Shown here in pieces: positions 24,577 to 36,961 of a stretch of DNA of 64,000 bases. Under the pieces are notes generated by a model. That model worked only from the letters and a program-made list of their open reading frames with translations. It had not been told where the DNA came from and did no database searches. A program made the position numbers and the translations under genes. Location of the stretch: contig JALMLS010000173.1 in assembly GCA_038496445.1 (NCBI GenBank), positions 80,822-144,821 on the forward strand, read 5' to 3'. Every line of letters starts with the position of its first letter. Position 1 is the first letter of the stretch. This DNA comes from Trichosphaerium sp. ATCC 40318. Lineage: Eukaryota; Protista; Tubulinea.

Positions 24577-27500
24577 TCATAAGTTGACAAATTTGAAGTA
24601 TTGATTGAGCGATAAGTCTTTAAGCTTTAAGTATGGTATATCCTCACTTGCAGCAACTTTTCTATTCCAAGGAGGTAATATACTTCTTGTAGTGTAACCA
24701 TTATCTTCCGCTGATGTTTCTTGTAAAATTGCTATATCAATACATTCAGAAGAACAACAAAAGCTATACGATGCAGCATTGATACTATTATCAGTTGTTT
24801 TATAAGAACCAAAGGCACGTATACGTGGTTGATACTTAGGTAATTCTTTAGCACACTGTTTGCAATAAGAAGTACGATTTGGTTTATAATCAAGATGCCA
24901 TTGAGTTTGATTACGCTCTAGAGAAGCAAGTAAGAAAAAAATAGGAATTTTTTTTATTGTAAGTACGCACCAAGGAGTTGTTTGAATTTTAAGTCTGGTC
25001 TTAGTCTTACGAACTGGGGATTTTGTGGAATACCAAAATGACCATCTACACTATACCTGTAGCTGAATATTTGCTTACCAGATAGATTACGTAAAGTGTA
25101 CGGTAATGCAATACTAAATTTTTCTCCAGTATCGCTTAACAGCATATTAATGTTAAGTACGATTAAATGAAACAAAGTTTGTTAACGTACGTAATGCAGT
25201 TCATAACATGATCCTCATCTTGTTCTTCATCATGTTTTTCTACTTGTTTATGTACTGATACTATAATACCTTCTCTTTGTTTTATAGTCTCATAAATCAA
25301 TGCACTATCTGATAACCCAGGTGTATACTTTGATGATCCATCAACTAGGTACAAACCAAGAGCTTTTAAAAGGTAAGTATGTCTTCATTCTTTTGTGTAC
25401 AAAGATGCTCCACATACTATTGTTCATGTCTTCCCTAGCGTCTTGTATCATCAAGCCAAACTCTTCAGAGTGTGAGCACTTAGCATATGGTACTACCTTC
25501 ACGCTAACGTAAACAGTCAGATATATTACAAACCAATAACATGTTGATTTGTTTTATTGAGAACGTACTGAGGTGCTTCCTCGTTTATCCAGTATTTCAT
25601 ATTATCTAGTCTTTGACTGAAATTATCACGGGACATTGGCATATCAAACGCATAAAAGATAATATCATTCCAGTCACTTACACTAAAAGAAAGTCAATGT
25701 GAGTGCTTTTTCAAAAGCAAACAATAGCGTACTATTGTTGCTTATGTGGGTCATATGATGCTCGATCATAGGTCTCAAGCATACCAGCCATGTCATCGGA
25801 CCTAAATCAATAAACAAGTGGAAACAAACATAATTGGTGTACCTAAGTTGGCCTTCAAGAGGAACATGTTCAGGAAATTCTTGCAACCATTCCATTGGTG
25901 CGTTTACTTTGATACCAAAAGTATTGTAAAGAGCAAAACCATCCCAGAATACACGAACACCATCCCGGATACGTGTGACCCACCTGAAACATACTTGAGT
26001 AAACAGATAGTAAAGAAAATAAGAAATAACTAGAACGTACCAACCAGTTGTATCTATTGTATTTCTGTATCTACCATACCTCATCAAGCTAATTGCTGAT
26101 ACATTGTAAAGCGTTGGCTCTATGTTGAAATGAGATAAGTTATCACTAGGTTGTTTTGTTCAGTACCTTGCATCGTTGGTGGATCTGTTGGGATTCTCCG
26201 ACCTAAAATATTATCAGTATACAATCAATTTCAAAGTATAACACACCTTGCCCTGGGTCAGGGAAAGCATCAGGTCTGTAATAGTTCATAGTCGCAAGAA
26301 GTGAACTACGTTTAAAATCCCACCAATATGGTATTTCCACAAGGGTAATACCAGCCTCTGCACAAGCTTCCCTAAAGCCATAAAAATTAAAACATACGAA
26401 ATATCTAATGAACTTTACTTTTTTTCTGCATCTCTTGCAATTTGATTAGCAGGTGATCCATTTAGATAATGTCTCATATAATGTTGTTCCCCTATAGTAC
26501 AACTTTAGTTATCAACACTTCCGTAAACCCATGTACCCTGGTACTCTATGGCAAGCTTGTATTTTGGAATGTACATATCGAGTTCCATTTTATAACCGGA
26601 TTGTTTAAAATACAATGCTTCTCCCCTCCAGTTACTCAATACCTCTTCTCCTTCCAAAAAGCTCCTATAGTGGAAAATATATTAACAAGATAGCTAGTTT
26701 ATAAATAATCACGTGCTTGATAATTTTATAAGCATAACGTTGTGTTTTCTCGTTAGCAGCTGAGAACTTTCTTATATTCCATTTTTTTTCTGGAAAATGT
26801 GTTTTCAAAAGTTTTATGATACCACCTTGCTGTTTGAACACATATCCTCCTTTCATCTGATCAAGCTCTCCTCTACCAACAAGATACCTATTTAATATCT
26901 ATTAGAAAAGGAAGCATAGACACACTACAGCCAACAAGTGATTTGGCGAAAAACAGCAAAAAAAAACGTCATTGAAAAGCAAGGCCTTGTTAGCGACCTG
27001 CTATTTAATGATCAATGAGCATTCATATCAAGCTAATACACGTCTTTTTTGCTAGCTCAACAGCGTACCAATCATCCAAGTCTTTCATTTCAAGTTCTTG
27101 CATAACCCACAATAAGTACGCTTTCTGATTTTTATCGTTATTGAAATACCCACGTGGAGTTGATTTAAATAACCAAGGATGCCAATCAGTATCTCTGTAA
27201 GCAGCTCTTAATACACCTGCAGGTGACCCTTTATGAGAGTCAAGTAAAGTGGCACCACCGCATGCACTAAAATCGCCTGCTGTACAAGTATACCAGTCCT
27301 CAATCTTCTTAAAACCAAGCTTCTTGCTCATCTCACTTAAGAAAATTCTTACGTTTTTAACTTCATCCCAGAACCCAGAATGTACTTTAGTAAACCGCCA
27401 TTGAGTCCAAGAATGTGAAGGAAAAATAGATGTTAAAAGAACTCTTGGTGAACTTTGATACATCTCAAGAAGACCTCCTGCGCCTGCATTCATAAAATCT

Positions 27501-28523
27501 TCTCTTTTAACTATATGCCAATCATCAAGTGTTTTTAAGGATACCTCTGATGCCATGTAATGAAGGAATTGTACTATGTTATCTCTGTTTTTCCAAAATC
27601 CAATCGGCGCTTTTTCAAAACGCCAAAGTTGCCATTCATGCTCAGGATACACCTCTTTAAGTATATCATACAAGCTACCATAGGTTTTAAGTAAAGTAGA
27701 ACCACCATTTTTTTTTATATCATCACGTGTTACATTGTACCATTGGTCAAGATTTTTACTTTCAAAAGAATCTTCAATGTCATGTATAAATTCTTTGACA
27801 TTTTTCTTATCTTCCCAGAACCCACGTGGTACTTTTCCAAATCTCCATAACCTCCAATGATGCTCTGGAAAACACTTTTGTAAGGTAGTATAAATAGATC
27901 CTTTGTAGAATGTCAGGACATGAGAGGCATTGTTTTCGTTAAAATCCGCTTTTGTTACGTTGTACCAATCTTTCCAATCTTTGAACCCTAAAACCCTTTC
28001 TAGCTCCTTTAAAACCCGTACATGGTTAGCTTTATTTGTCCAGAAACCAGGTGGCTTGTTTAAAAACCGAGCAACGTCCCAAGAAGCGTCTGGAATCGTT
28101 TTTTCGAGAACTTTTGATAAATCTCCGTTATATTGTTTGTGATTAAGCAATGTAGAACCACCACGAAGCTTTTTAAACTCTTTGGAAGATATTTTGTACC
28201 AATCTGATTGCTCGTTTATGCCTAACTCATTCGCTGCCCAACCTATGTACTACACGGTTCGTTAAACGCTAAATCACCCACGGATTAAGTGTTTCGTTTA
28301 CTTTTTATTCGGATTTTTTCGGAAACACGTATAGCAGGTATAAAAAAAGCGCTAGAAGGTAAAGCGAGCGTCGTACTTGTTTTTGATAATCTAAATTGCC
28401 CCACTTGTGTCTATTGAAGTAAAACTGCTCTTTTGGAGCTTCAGTAGAATATTTTACGCGTTTGGTAATGTTTTGAGCGCATTTAGTAGTTAAATTGTTG
28501 ACAATAGAAGTAGAGCGGTACAT
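24577..28523 (-). CDS. putative mitochondrial multidomain protein: 6 Trp-rich ~75-aa repeats + RAP/Vsr-like PD-(D/E)XK nuclease + degenerate ATP-dependent ligase/OB + PARP-type zinc finger, multi-exon
   Basis: Hand-spliced exons join in frame. Presequence-like N-terminus; GFW..N/DWY/P.H.W repeats; ELDMYIP...AIEYQGEQHY...RDAEK...GITLVEIPYWW; IRDGVRVFWDG...LEGQL...FYAFD...GIPQNPQF; CKQC...FCCSSEC. Confidence 0.75.
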
Positions 28524-28971
28524 AGCTCACTATCGCTACCCAGTCACGCGTGTAGTGCATAGGAAACCATTTAACTACACTAAGTCTGCTTTATGTGAAC
28601 CCTTTCTGTGAAGTTGTTTTAGGTCTGGCAGGTTCCGCAATTGGAGAGGGTGGCATAACGTGGTATGAAAGAAGGGAAGTGTAGGCACAGTACACACATA
28701 TCTCGAACTCGTCATACCTGGTAGTGGGAAGTACAATTAATATCTCGTTTTACGTTTTTCCCAATGTAGGTTAGCAAAACAAATTAAGCGGATTTTTGAT
28801 TCCGCATGCTCATTTAGCTAGAATTAGATACGTGACTTTGTTGGATCAACAAGTTCTAAGCGTGTTTGTTTGTATTAGCGCTTATATATCACTGGCACGT
28901 GACATGCTGTAATCGCGAATGAATTGTGAACGACCAGCCCTGAACAAGTCAATGCCTGAAATTACACTTTA

Positions 28972-29427
28972 TTATAAAGTATTCAAAGCTAAAAACACTG
29001 ATACAACTATCAACATAAATTTCAAAGCATAGCGAGATCCGTCACTGCATAATACTGCTGTAAGCATGCCATCAGTCTGTGAGCAATTTACAGCATTGTT
29101 TAAATCATTCTCCAAGCTATAATCACAACGAACGGTGTTGGTACCGCTTAGGTTTGGCTGATCTTTTATGTAAAAGTTTTTTGCGTTGTCCTTGCATTTC
29201 GTACTCCCAAAGCTTAAAAAACCGAAGCACAGGATGTCTGAGAACTCTCCGCGCACTGGTAAGCACTCATTAGCGAATCCGTTAGAGTATTCGATTGTAA
29301 AGTTGCCCACCACTCTCGTGCTGTTGATGATGGAGCATTGGTAGACTCCGCAAGACGTTTGTGCAAAACTGGATGCCATAAATGATAGTACAATGATAAT
29401 CGTTTGGATAGAGGTGTTGTGGATCAT
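28972..29427 (-). CDS. small Cys-rich secreted, probably GPI-anchored, surface protein
   Basis: 151-aa intronless ORF with signal peptide (..SSFA/QT), 8 Cys and a hydrophobic C-terminus. Confidence 0.7.
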   Translation of the reverse strand: MIHNTSIQTIIIVLSFMASSFAQTSCGVYQCSIINSTRVVGNFTIEYSNGFANECLPVRGEFSDILCFGFLSFGSTKCKDNAKNFYIKDQPNLSGTNTVRCDYSLENDLNNAVNCSQTDGMLTAVLCSDGSRYALKFMLIVVSVFLALNTL

Positions 29428-29549
29428 GGCAGTTATAGAAGTTGTTGCCTTAAGGGCAATCGGCCCTTAAGCTGCGTCTAGATAAGACAGTCCACAATCT
29501 GATTAAGATTGGTGACATTTAATTTTTACGTAAGTTGTTTTCGCTAGAT

Positions 29550-31060
29550 CTATTGGCTGTACACGTGTTTTACTCCACAGACGTTTGGGTAAACTTCAGT
29601 TGACTTTGTATAAATCAGCAACAACAACTTCCAAAGCTTTAAAAAACATGGAGAGTAGCAATCACCCACATCCCACCCAAAAATATCCTTTTCAATTAAA
29701 AAAGTTTCTTTTATTGTCCAAGTGTTCTTGTATAACATATAGCAAATGATTGGCGCTGTGCTGAGCCGCAAGACATTTTGTCTTCCTCCCAACATTGTCT
29801 ATAGTTAGTGTTCCTTGGTTAGTTGATAGAAGAAAGTAAACTGAGAGTGGTGGAATTCTAACGGTTTCGATGTTAAAACGCATGTATTAAGCAATAATCA
29901 AGGTAAACTCAATGATCACAAGCTACCTTCAAGGAGCAATTGTAATACACCTTAGATTCTCTTGAACAAAGTGCGTTTTGAACATCACCAGTGTCACACC
30001 TCAGGATCTTGGTTTGTTTGTTTTGTGTTATAACAAGTTTGGCTAGAAATACAGTTTTCTTTTCCTCCATGATACACCAATTTGGTGGCTTGCTCGTTAG
30101 GTCTATTGTAAGCCATGTACATAGATCTACGTCTTTAAAACTGTAAGTACGAAAAACATGCAACCAAACCAGCTGAAGTCAAACATGAGTCTTCTTGTTA
30201 AAAGCCAAGTAGACAGATTTAGGCCTTTAAAAAAAGTTAGAAAAAACTGCAAACATTTTGGCTTGAAAACAAAAGACGAAGGAATCAGTAAATGATATTG
30301 CGAAACTCACCGTTCTTGTGTAGGTTTTTTTTCGACAGCCATTATTTCATTTTCACTCAGCGATCGCTTTAAAAAGTTCTTTCCTTTAGCAGTAACTAAC
30401 GCTTTGGTATTGTTATTGGTATTTTCTAATGGTTCCCTTATGTTTTTCTTGTTACGAACCGGGTTTGCAGGTTTTTTGGTAGCACGTGGTTTGGGCAACG
30501 CTTCGTACATCGAAACTGCTCGCTTTCTTTTTTTGTTATTGTCAACTGCACTGCTATCACTATACGCCGCTGCTATTGCTTCCAAAGGCGTCGTTTCTTT
30601 ACTTAAGTTTGATTTTGTATTTTTTTTGAAATTGTTTTGTTTTGATGGCGGTTTCGGTAGTGCTCCATACGCAGATGCAAGCGCACGTTTTTTTTGCTTT
30701 TTCTTTATAATAAATTCGTGTGGCATTGATACACTTCTATTTCTTCGGATGTTCTTTGTACTACTACTTCTAGTGTTAATGAACGAACAGCGTATTTTGG
30801 AATTAATATCTCATTTGTACCTTGGTTGTTCCGTTTTAAAGTGGTTTGTATTCGGAGGTATTGGTCTTATAATGTTTGTTGGGAGGTTGCTCTTTGTACT
30901 ACTTATAGTGTTAATGAACGAAGAGCGTATTTTGGAATAAATTTCTCATTTTTACTACCTTGGTTCTTCCTTTTTTATGTGGCTTGTATTCGGAGGTATT
31001 GGTCTAATGATGTTTGTTGCCAGAGAAGCTCTTCTTGCTCTTCGTATACTCATGCTTGTA
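29550..31060 (-). CDS. hypothetical Lys/Asn-rich protein, multi-exon, boundaries uncertain
   Basis: Exon ORF 30307-30726 with the repeated motif KKR....Y.ALPKP; splice-like sites in the flanks; ends not resolved. Confidence 0.35.
30755..31019. repeat. imperfect tandem duplication (~135-140-bp unit, 2 copies)
   Basis: TAGTGTTAATGAACGAA.AGCGTATTTTGGAAT...TGTATTCGGAGGTATTGGTCT.AT.ATGTTTGTTG occurs twice. Confidence 0.85.
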
Positions 31061-32319
31061 CCAGTATTTAGTTGCTATCTTTTTTTGATCTTAAGTCAAC
31101 ACAAAAAACCAAAATCAATCAACAAGTGAGCCGGAAACAACTTTGAAAGTTCATTGAATGAAGACCGGTCTTTCTATATCTCGGACCGGAAATCATTGTG
31201 TTTCTCAGCCCTCTTTAACATGTCTATTCGATGGTCCATTGTAAAGAAACTTTTTTACCGTAAAGTAGTGATCAATAAAGCTCACAAAATTGACTCAGAG
31301 CTGATGTGATTTTGTTCTATTTTTCAAGTCAATCCTAGTAGAAATTGTTAATAACCCTGTCGTTGGTAAGTATTGGAAGAGAAGCATGCAATGTATTTCA
31401 TGTGTTTGTTTTAAGCCTTTACCTACTATCGTCGGTGGAGTTACTACTGGAATTTTTAGGAGACAATCAGTGTTTGATAACAGTTGCTTTTAAACTGTTG
31501 TGCCTCCCATTTCACCACTTTGAGTATTTCGTTACTAACGCTTCCCCTTTATTACATTGATTAATCGTGGCACCACGAAAATCGCACTGAAATTAGTACT
31601 AGTTAGCAAAAGCAGTTCACAACGAACTAGCGCAAAAAGCTAACTATATTTTTTCGACTAGGTGAGATAGTTGCGTAAGATATTGCGTAGGATTGCCCAC
31701 TGCTACATCATATTCGTACAATAAAAGCCAGTAAATAGGCGCTATGTACTATGAGCTAAAATACACTGCCATACTGTAAGCACATTTTTCACCGTTTACA
31801 AATACAACACAAAAAGACATCTTTTTTCCGAAGAAAAGTCTAGTTGGAAAAAAATTTTCTCCACCAGCCATGAAGCATTGTAAGCTAGATTACGAAATAG
31901 TTGAGTATTTTTTTAATTGTGAACTTGTTTGAAAAACTTCGACTCAGTCACGTGTCGCGTGATTTTTACCCTTTTATGCCAATATTGGTCTTAAAGAAAA
32001 CAAAAACCACACAGCTGTATTGTTTTTAGCGGCTTGGGAAGGGTTCACACATAGATCTGGAGGTGAACGCAGTAACAAAAGGGGTACTCTAGTTCGGTTA
32101 TAGATACATTATTTGTATCACGTGATTTTGGGTAGAAAATCTTTCTTGCGAAAAGTATGCAAATGCTGCGCTTCTTAAAAGCATGTGTACATAGTAGAGA
32201 CCATCTGGTTTTAAGTAGTAAAGTATATAAAGCGAATTACTTGTGCGGTCTCGCATTCCAACGCACAAAAAACTGTCCGCAAGAAAAGTTCGTTTTTTTA
32301 CATTGAGCGCTAGTACATC

Positions 32320-33684
32320 ATGCACGCAACAACAGCTGTTCTGGTTATACTTCTATGCTGTACTCTATCTACTGCTGCCGTATTTGAAGGCAAAGAAGGC
32401 ACTGTAGTCATAAAGGCTCTATCTACAACTCTTGTTGGCTTCTGGAAAAGCCATAACGTCCAAGGAGAAGGCGGCGCCTTGTGGGATGGAGAAGACAACG
32501 ATTACAGGGGAAGACTCTCGGCAACAAATACCCTCGAGTACAAATTCACAGTGGACCAAACGGGCACATACTTCCTTACTCTGTACACCGCACGTGTTCC
32601 TGCCGCTCACCCTGGTTTGGAAAACGACGCCGGAAATGACTGCTTTGTATCGCTTTACGAAGGCACCAATGAAATCAAAGAACCTACAAAGCTCTTTACC
32701 TTCTTCGGGTCTGATCATAATACCTTGAAATGGGGTGATACATTTGATAAGGGTGGTAAGAGCAAGGCGACTTTCGATCTCGTACAAGGTAAAGTCTATA
32801 CTCTTGGCATGGCTGGACGTTCAGACGCTTACTTTTTGAGCCGAATCGTGATGAACAAAGACAAGAAACTGACCGATGCAACGTTGCCTGAATCACCTAA
32901 AGCCGATACAAACACGGATGCCCCTACTGATGTCCCTACAATGGTTGCGACAAATGCACCACCAATGAATGTCTCAGATCCTCCAACGAAAGTAGTGACA
33001 GGGCCAGGTAAAATAGAAGCAGAATCTTTCATTGCCGCCACAGACACCACCGGTGCAAACCAAGGTAAGCATCTTTTTCGCTGTGATACAAAGCAATCTC
33101 TCCGTTTTCACATTGATGATTCAACGCAATACTAAGACTTTGCTCTAGGTGGTAAAACTTGCGGAAACCCACAATCTGGTGGAAATTTGGTAGATTTGGA
33201 GAATGCTTTTGATAGTGCTTTCCCTGGAGGTTGTAATGTCGGTTGGACTGCACCAGGAGAGACTTTGACCTACAGCGTAACATTTAGCGGCACTACATCA
33301 TACACTATACTCGCACGTGTTGCTGGAAAGGGAGGTCAAAAATCCATTGACGTTTTTATTGATGACGAAGCTACACCACGTGCAACAATATCTTTCTCGC
33401 CAACAGGTGGTACGTGTATACTTTGGAAGATCTGACATTATCTACTACTAACACGTATATATCTAGCTTGGCAAAGATACAAGAACGCATATGCAAGTTT
33501 GGGAACAGTGACAGAAGGAGAGCACACGGTTAAAGTGGAATTCAAGACTGGTTCAGTCAACTTGAACTTTTTGGAAATAAACCCAACTGCTCAAGCCAGA
33601 GGTAGCGACGCATCGAGTTCCATGTCATTAGTACTATCATATATTTTACTCGGTTTATGTTGCATGATACAAATACTCTTGTAA
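32320..33684 (+). CDS. secreted/GPI-anchored protein with bacterial-type beta-sandwich, P/T linker and CBM6-like domain (2 introns)
   Basis: Signal peptide; PGKIEAESF...DTT.AN.GG...VGWTAPGETLTYSV...ARVA...GEHTVKVEF..GSVNLNFLEI matches CBM6 hallmarks; hydrophobic C-terminus. Confidence 0.78.
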
Positions 33685-34065
33685 CTCACCAGTTAAACTA
33701 GTTTAGAAAATAAACATAACGTAGCTTCATTCGCAATTTCTAAAGTCTAAGTAACTAACTGTCACTCCTTTTCCTCGCCCTCCTTTCAGCTTGTTGTAAT
33801 TTACTTGGTTTCCACTCACTTGTAAAGAGCCACGTCATAACTTGTTTTAATAGCACCCTTAGCCTTCACTCCGCATTTCGTACAGTGCAGTGTGCACGAC
33901 TAACGAAAAAGACTGAAAAAATAATTTTCCTTTTTTTTCTTTTGCTCACGTTTTTCAAAAGTCACCTTTGCTGGTAAAATGCAAAAATATACGCGAATAA
34001 AGCTCTTAGGCGAAACGCAGTACATAAGGGAGCTTTCTTTTTACCTTTACTGTATAAACAAATGT

Positions 34066-36496
34066 ATGGACTCATTCACTCCTTCAACAACATGGGACAA
34101 CCTATTAAACTTCAGAAACGCTCCTAACTTTACACTACCTGATACTGATCATTTACTCGGAATGTCAGCGAAATTATCGCCTACGTCGCTTGAAGGTACT
34201 AATATCACGTGTTTTAATAAATTATCACGTGATATTTATTCTATCGAGCTAAAACTTGTTAGGCAAGTTATTGTTTGTTAGAGATAAGGATTCGCCGTTA
34301 TTGAAGGGATCGGAGTATTGCTTTCATGAGTTTGACGATGCAGAATTTTCTGAAGAAGATAGTTTTGTTTTCCAGTCGACTTCATATACTGTTGTGGAAG
34401 TGCTCGTATGTACAAGACAGTGGCTCCAATCTACATATTATGGCCCTTATAACGAGTTGTCAGACACAAGATTACACAACCATAAACCCTTCAAGTAAGT
34501 GCAACACGTTCTCCAATTTATTTTTTCAAAAAAAGATAAAACCGAAACTTTTACAATGTCATTTGTCAAATATCTCAAACCCGTTTACTATGAATTTCTG
34601 ATATCTGTAAAACTCTGTATATTGCCTCTAAAAGTTACAGTCCTTCAAGGTACTGTCACATGCTGATTTTTTGTTCTCAGTTCTTGTTTTAAAACTGGAG
34701 AACTTTTTGTTTGCGCGTGTCATTTTCTTAATGTGAATCCATTTCTTTCGATATACACAAGGTGTATTACTTTAATTAACTCTCTGTTGAAGATACAAAA
34801 CACCAAAGATTCAAAAAAAGAAAAAACGAAGAAAGAAACAAAGACCAACGTACTTACAAATAAGGTAAAAAAAAAACAAAAAAAAAAAGAACTTCCTTCC
34901 TTCTTCTTTGTTTGTAATCGTTGCTAATTACATACTTTATTTTAGTACCAACAGCGAGGAAATAGTGGTAGCAAAAAAAAAGTGTTGTAAGACTCCAAAA
35001 TGCTTCTCAATGAAAGAGTTTTGGTCCAAGTACAAACGAAAAAAAAACCAAATCAACTTATTGCTAACATCAACTAACTCCTTTGCTAGGATGAGTCCTG
35101 GAAATCGTCTCAGTTGTGTTACACTAGTACTATTTGTAGCTATAATAATATTGATATGTGTTTTGATACCAGTGTATACGTTCACGTGGGGTGATTGTCT
35201 GTTGGTTGGTATGTAGTCTTTGTCTTTTTTTTGTGGTTAACATTTACTGTTCAGGATCTCAAGTTCTTCTACTTAATGACGATTCAGATACCGTTTACAA
35301 CCCTTACGCTGTTCCTGTAATGTCTGTTTCTTACGGGGATAACGTTGCTGTACAAGGAAGTGATTTTTATGTTAACAGAGGGCAGAAAGTAGTTTCAAGA
35401 CCTATTAACAATTGGTTTTTTGTTTGGACCGAAACTCGAATAAATGCACGTACCGCTCTTGCTCTTCTTCTCCAAAAACTTTAGCATTTACGGAATTGTT
35501 TAGAATCTCGAGAACTCTACCATTGGATCATTTGATATTTACAATAACTATGTGTACTATGCTATTCAAGTGAACACAACTTGGTATCTTGAAAAAATAG
35601 CTTTTGATTTCTTCCTTATTACACGTGGAGAAATCCTTTCAATAATGCCAGATTATAACCCAAGAGATATTGCTGCTTGTGTTGTTATTACCACTAGGGA
35701 TTATATATACGCTATTGATGCCACTCATGAAGCACCAACAGCCTACAATATTGTTAACGGTACGCCAAGATAAAAAAAAAAATTATTTAAAAGACAATTT
35801 ATTTTCTTTCGTCTGAAAAAAGAACGTCATGGCTTCAAGCATGTACCTTAGTATAAGTTTATTAAAAACAGCATAAAGCAATAAAAAGTCAATGAGACTC
35901 CAAATATCACGTGAAACTAATACAAAATTGACCAATTCTTTGTTGCTTGTTGTAAAACAATCTAACATTTACTTAAAAGGTACCTGGAGCGTACTGCCTG
36001 GTGGGAATTTATCTACTGGTATACCAAGATCCATGACTGCCTTAAAAGATAGTAATACTGTATTTGTATACTTTATGAACAGTTTCATAGCGCAATACAT
36101 CAACGAAACACTAGTAAGGATCATAAAACCGTACGGACTTTTTTAACAACATCCAAAAAAAAAACAAACTATGAACTCTTGACGTAATCACCACTTTGTT
36201 ATGAGCCTAATTGGATGTTCTACGTTGTATATAATTGAAACAGAATACTGTTATTGCTGCTATGAAATATCACGTGTTTAATTGACTTTATTAGGTATCA
36301 AGAACTTCAAATTGGTCAAGTTATGGCAGTAAGCGATGCAAGTTTGGACTTGTATGTTTTTAACCATGGATATCTCGTCAGACATTTTGCGCATTCGAAT
36401 TACAACCTAACTACTAATTACTCCCTTATTTATGAGGACTTTTATGCTACACTCATTTACAGTCCAAGCTGCAGTACGGTTTTTTCCATCTTTTAA
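34066..36496 (+). CDS. hypothetical single-pass membrane protein, multi-exon
   Basis: Exons can be joined in frame through GT-AG introns; TM segment VTLVLFVAIIILICVLIPV; no family recognised. Confidence 0.45.
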
Positions 36497-36697
36497 AAAA
36501 AACTGAAGGCGACAGCCAAAAAGCAAGCGTCAAGCTATGCACGAGAAGAGTTAAAAATTTATATCACAAATCAGAAATTTTATTGTGGTCATAACTTGAT
36601 ACTTGCGAGGAGAACTTTGCACGTGTTTTTTTGAAAAAAGTCGCAAAAGTACATGAAAATTAGAAAGTGAATTTAATGCGAACGACATCTTACGAAC

Positions 36698-36961
36698 ATG
36701 ACTTTGTTGGATTTTTTTTTTGGAACAGTTTTCGTTTGTGCACTTACAATTTCCCTCACCATTTTGTTGATTTTTTTGTTCGTAGATACAACTGGATATG
36801 TTAACATTCTGTTCGTTTGTTTAATTGTATGTGTTGCTTCAGTTATTCTGCTTCTTGTTGCCATGTGTGGATGTAATTACAGAAAGGATCAATTTAATGA
36901 TAGAGAAACACAGACAAATACTAATACACCTATGGATAGTAACATGCTTAACTCGCTATGA
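36698..36961 (+). CDS. small two-TM hypothetical protein
   Basis: 87-aa ORF with two hydrophobic helices and a Cys-rich juxtamembrane segment. Confidence 0.45.
   Translation: MTLLDFFFGTVFVCALTISLTILLIFLFVDTTGYVNILFVCLIVCVASVILLLVAMCGCNYRKDQFNDRETQTNTNTPMDSNMLNSL

Noticed and set aside
30404-30940. 178-aa hydrophobic plus-strand ORF
   Set aside because: It is the antisense shadow of a Lys/Asn-rich minus-strand exon.
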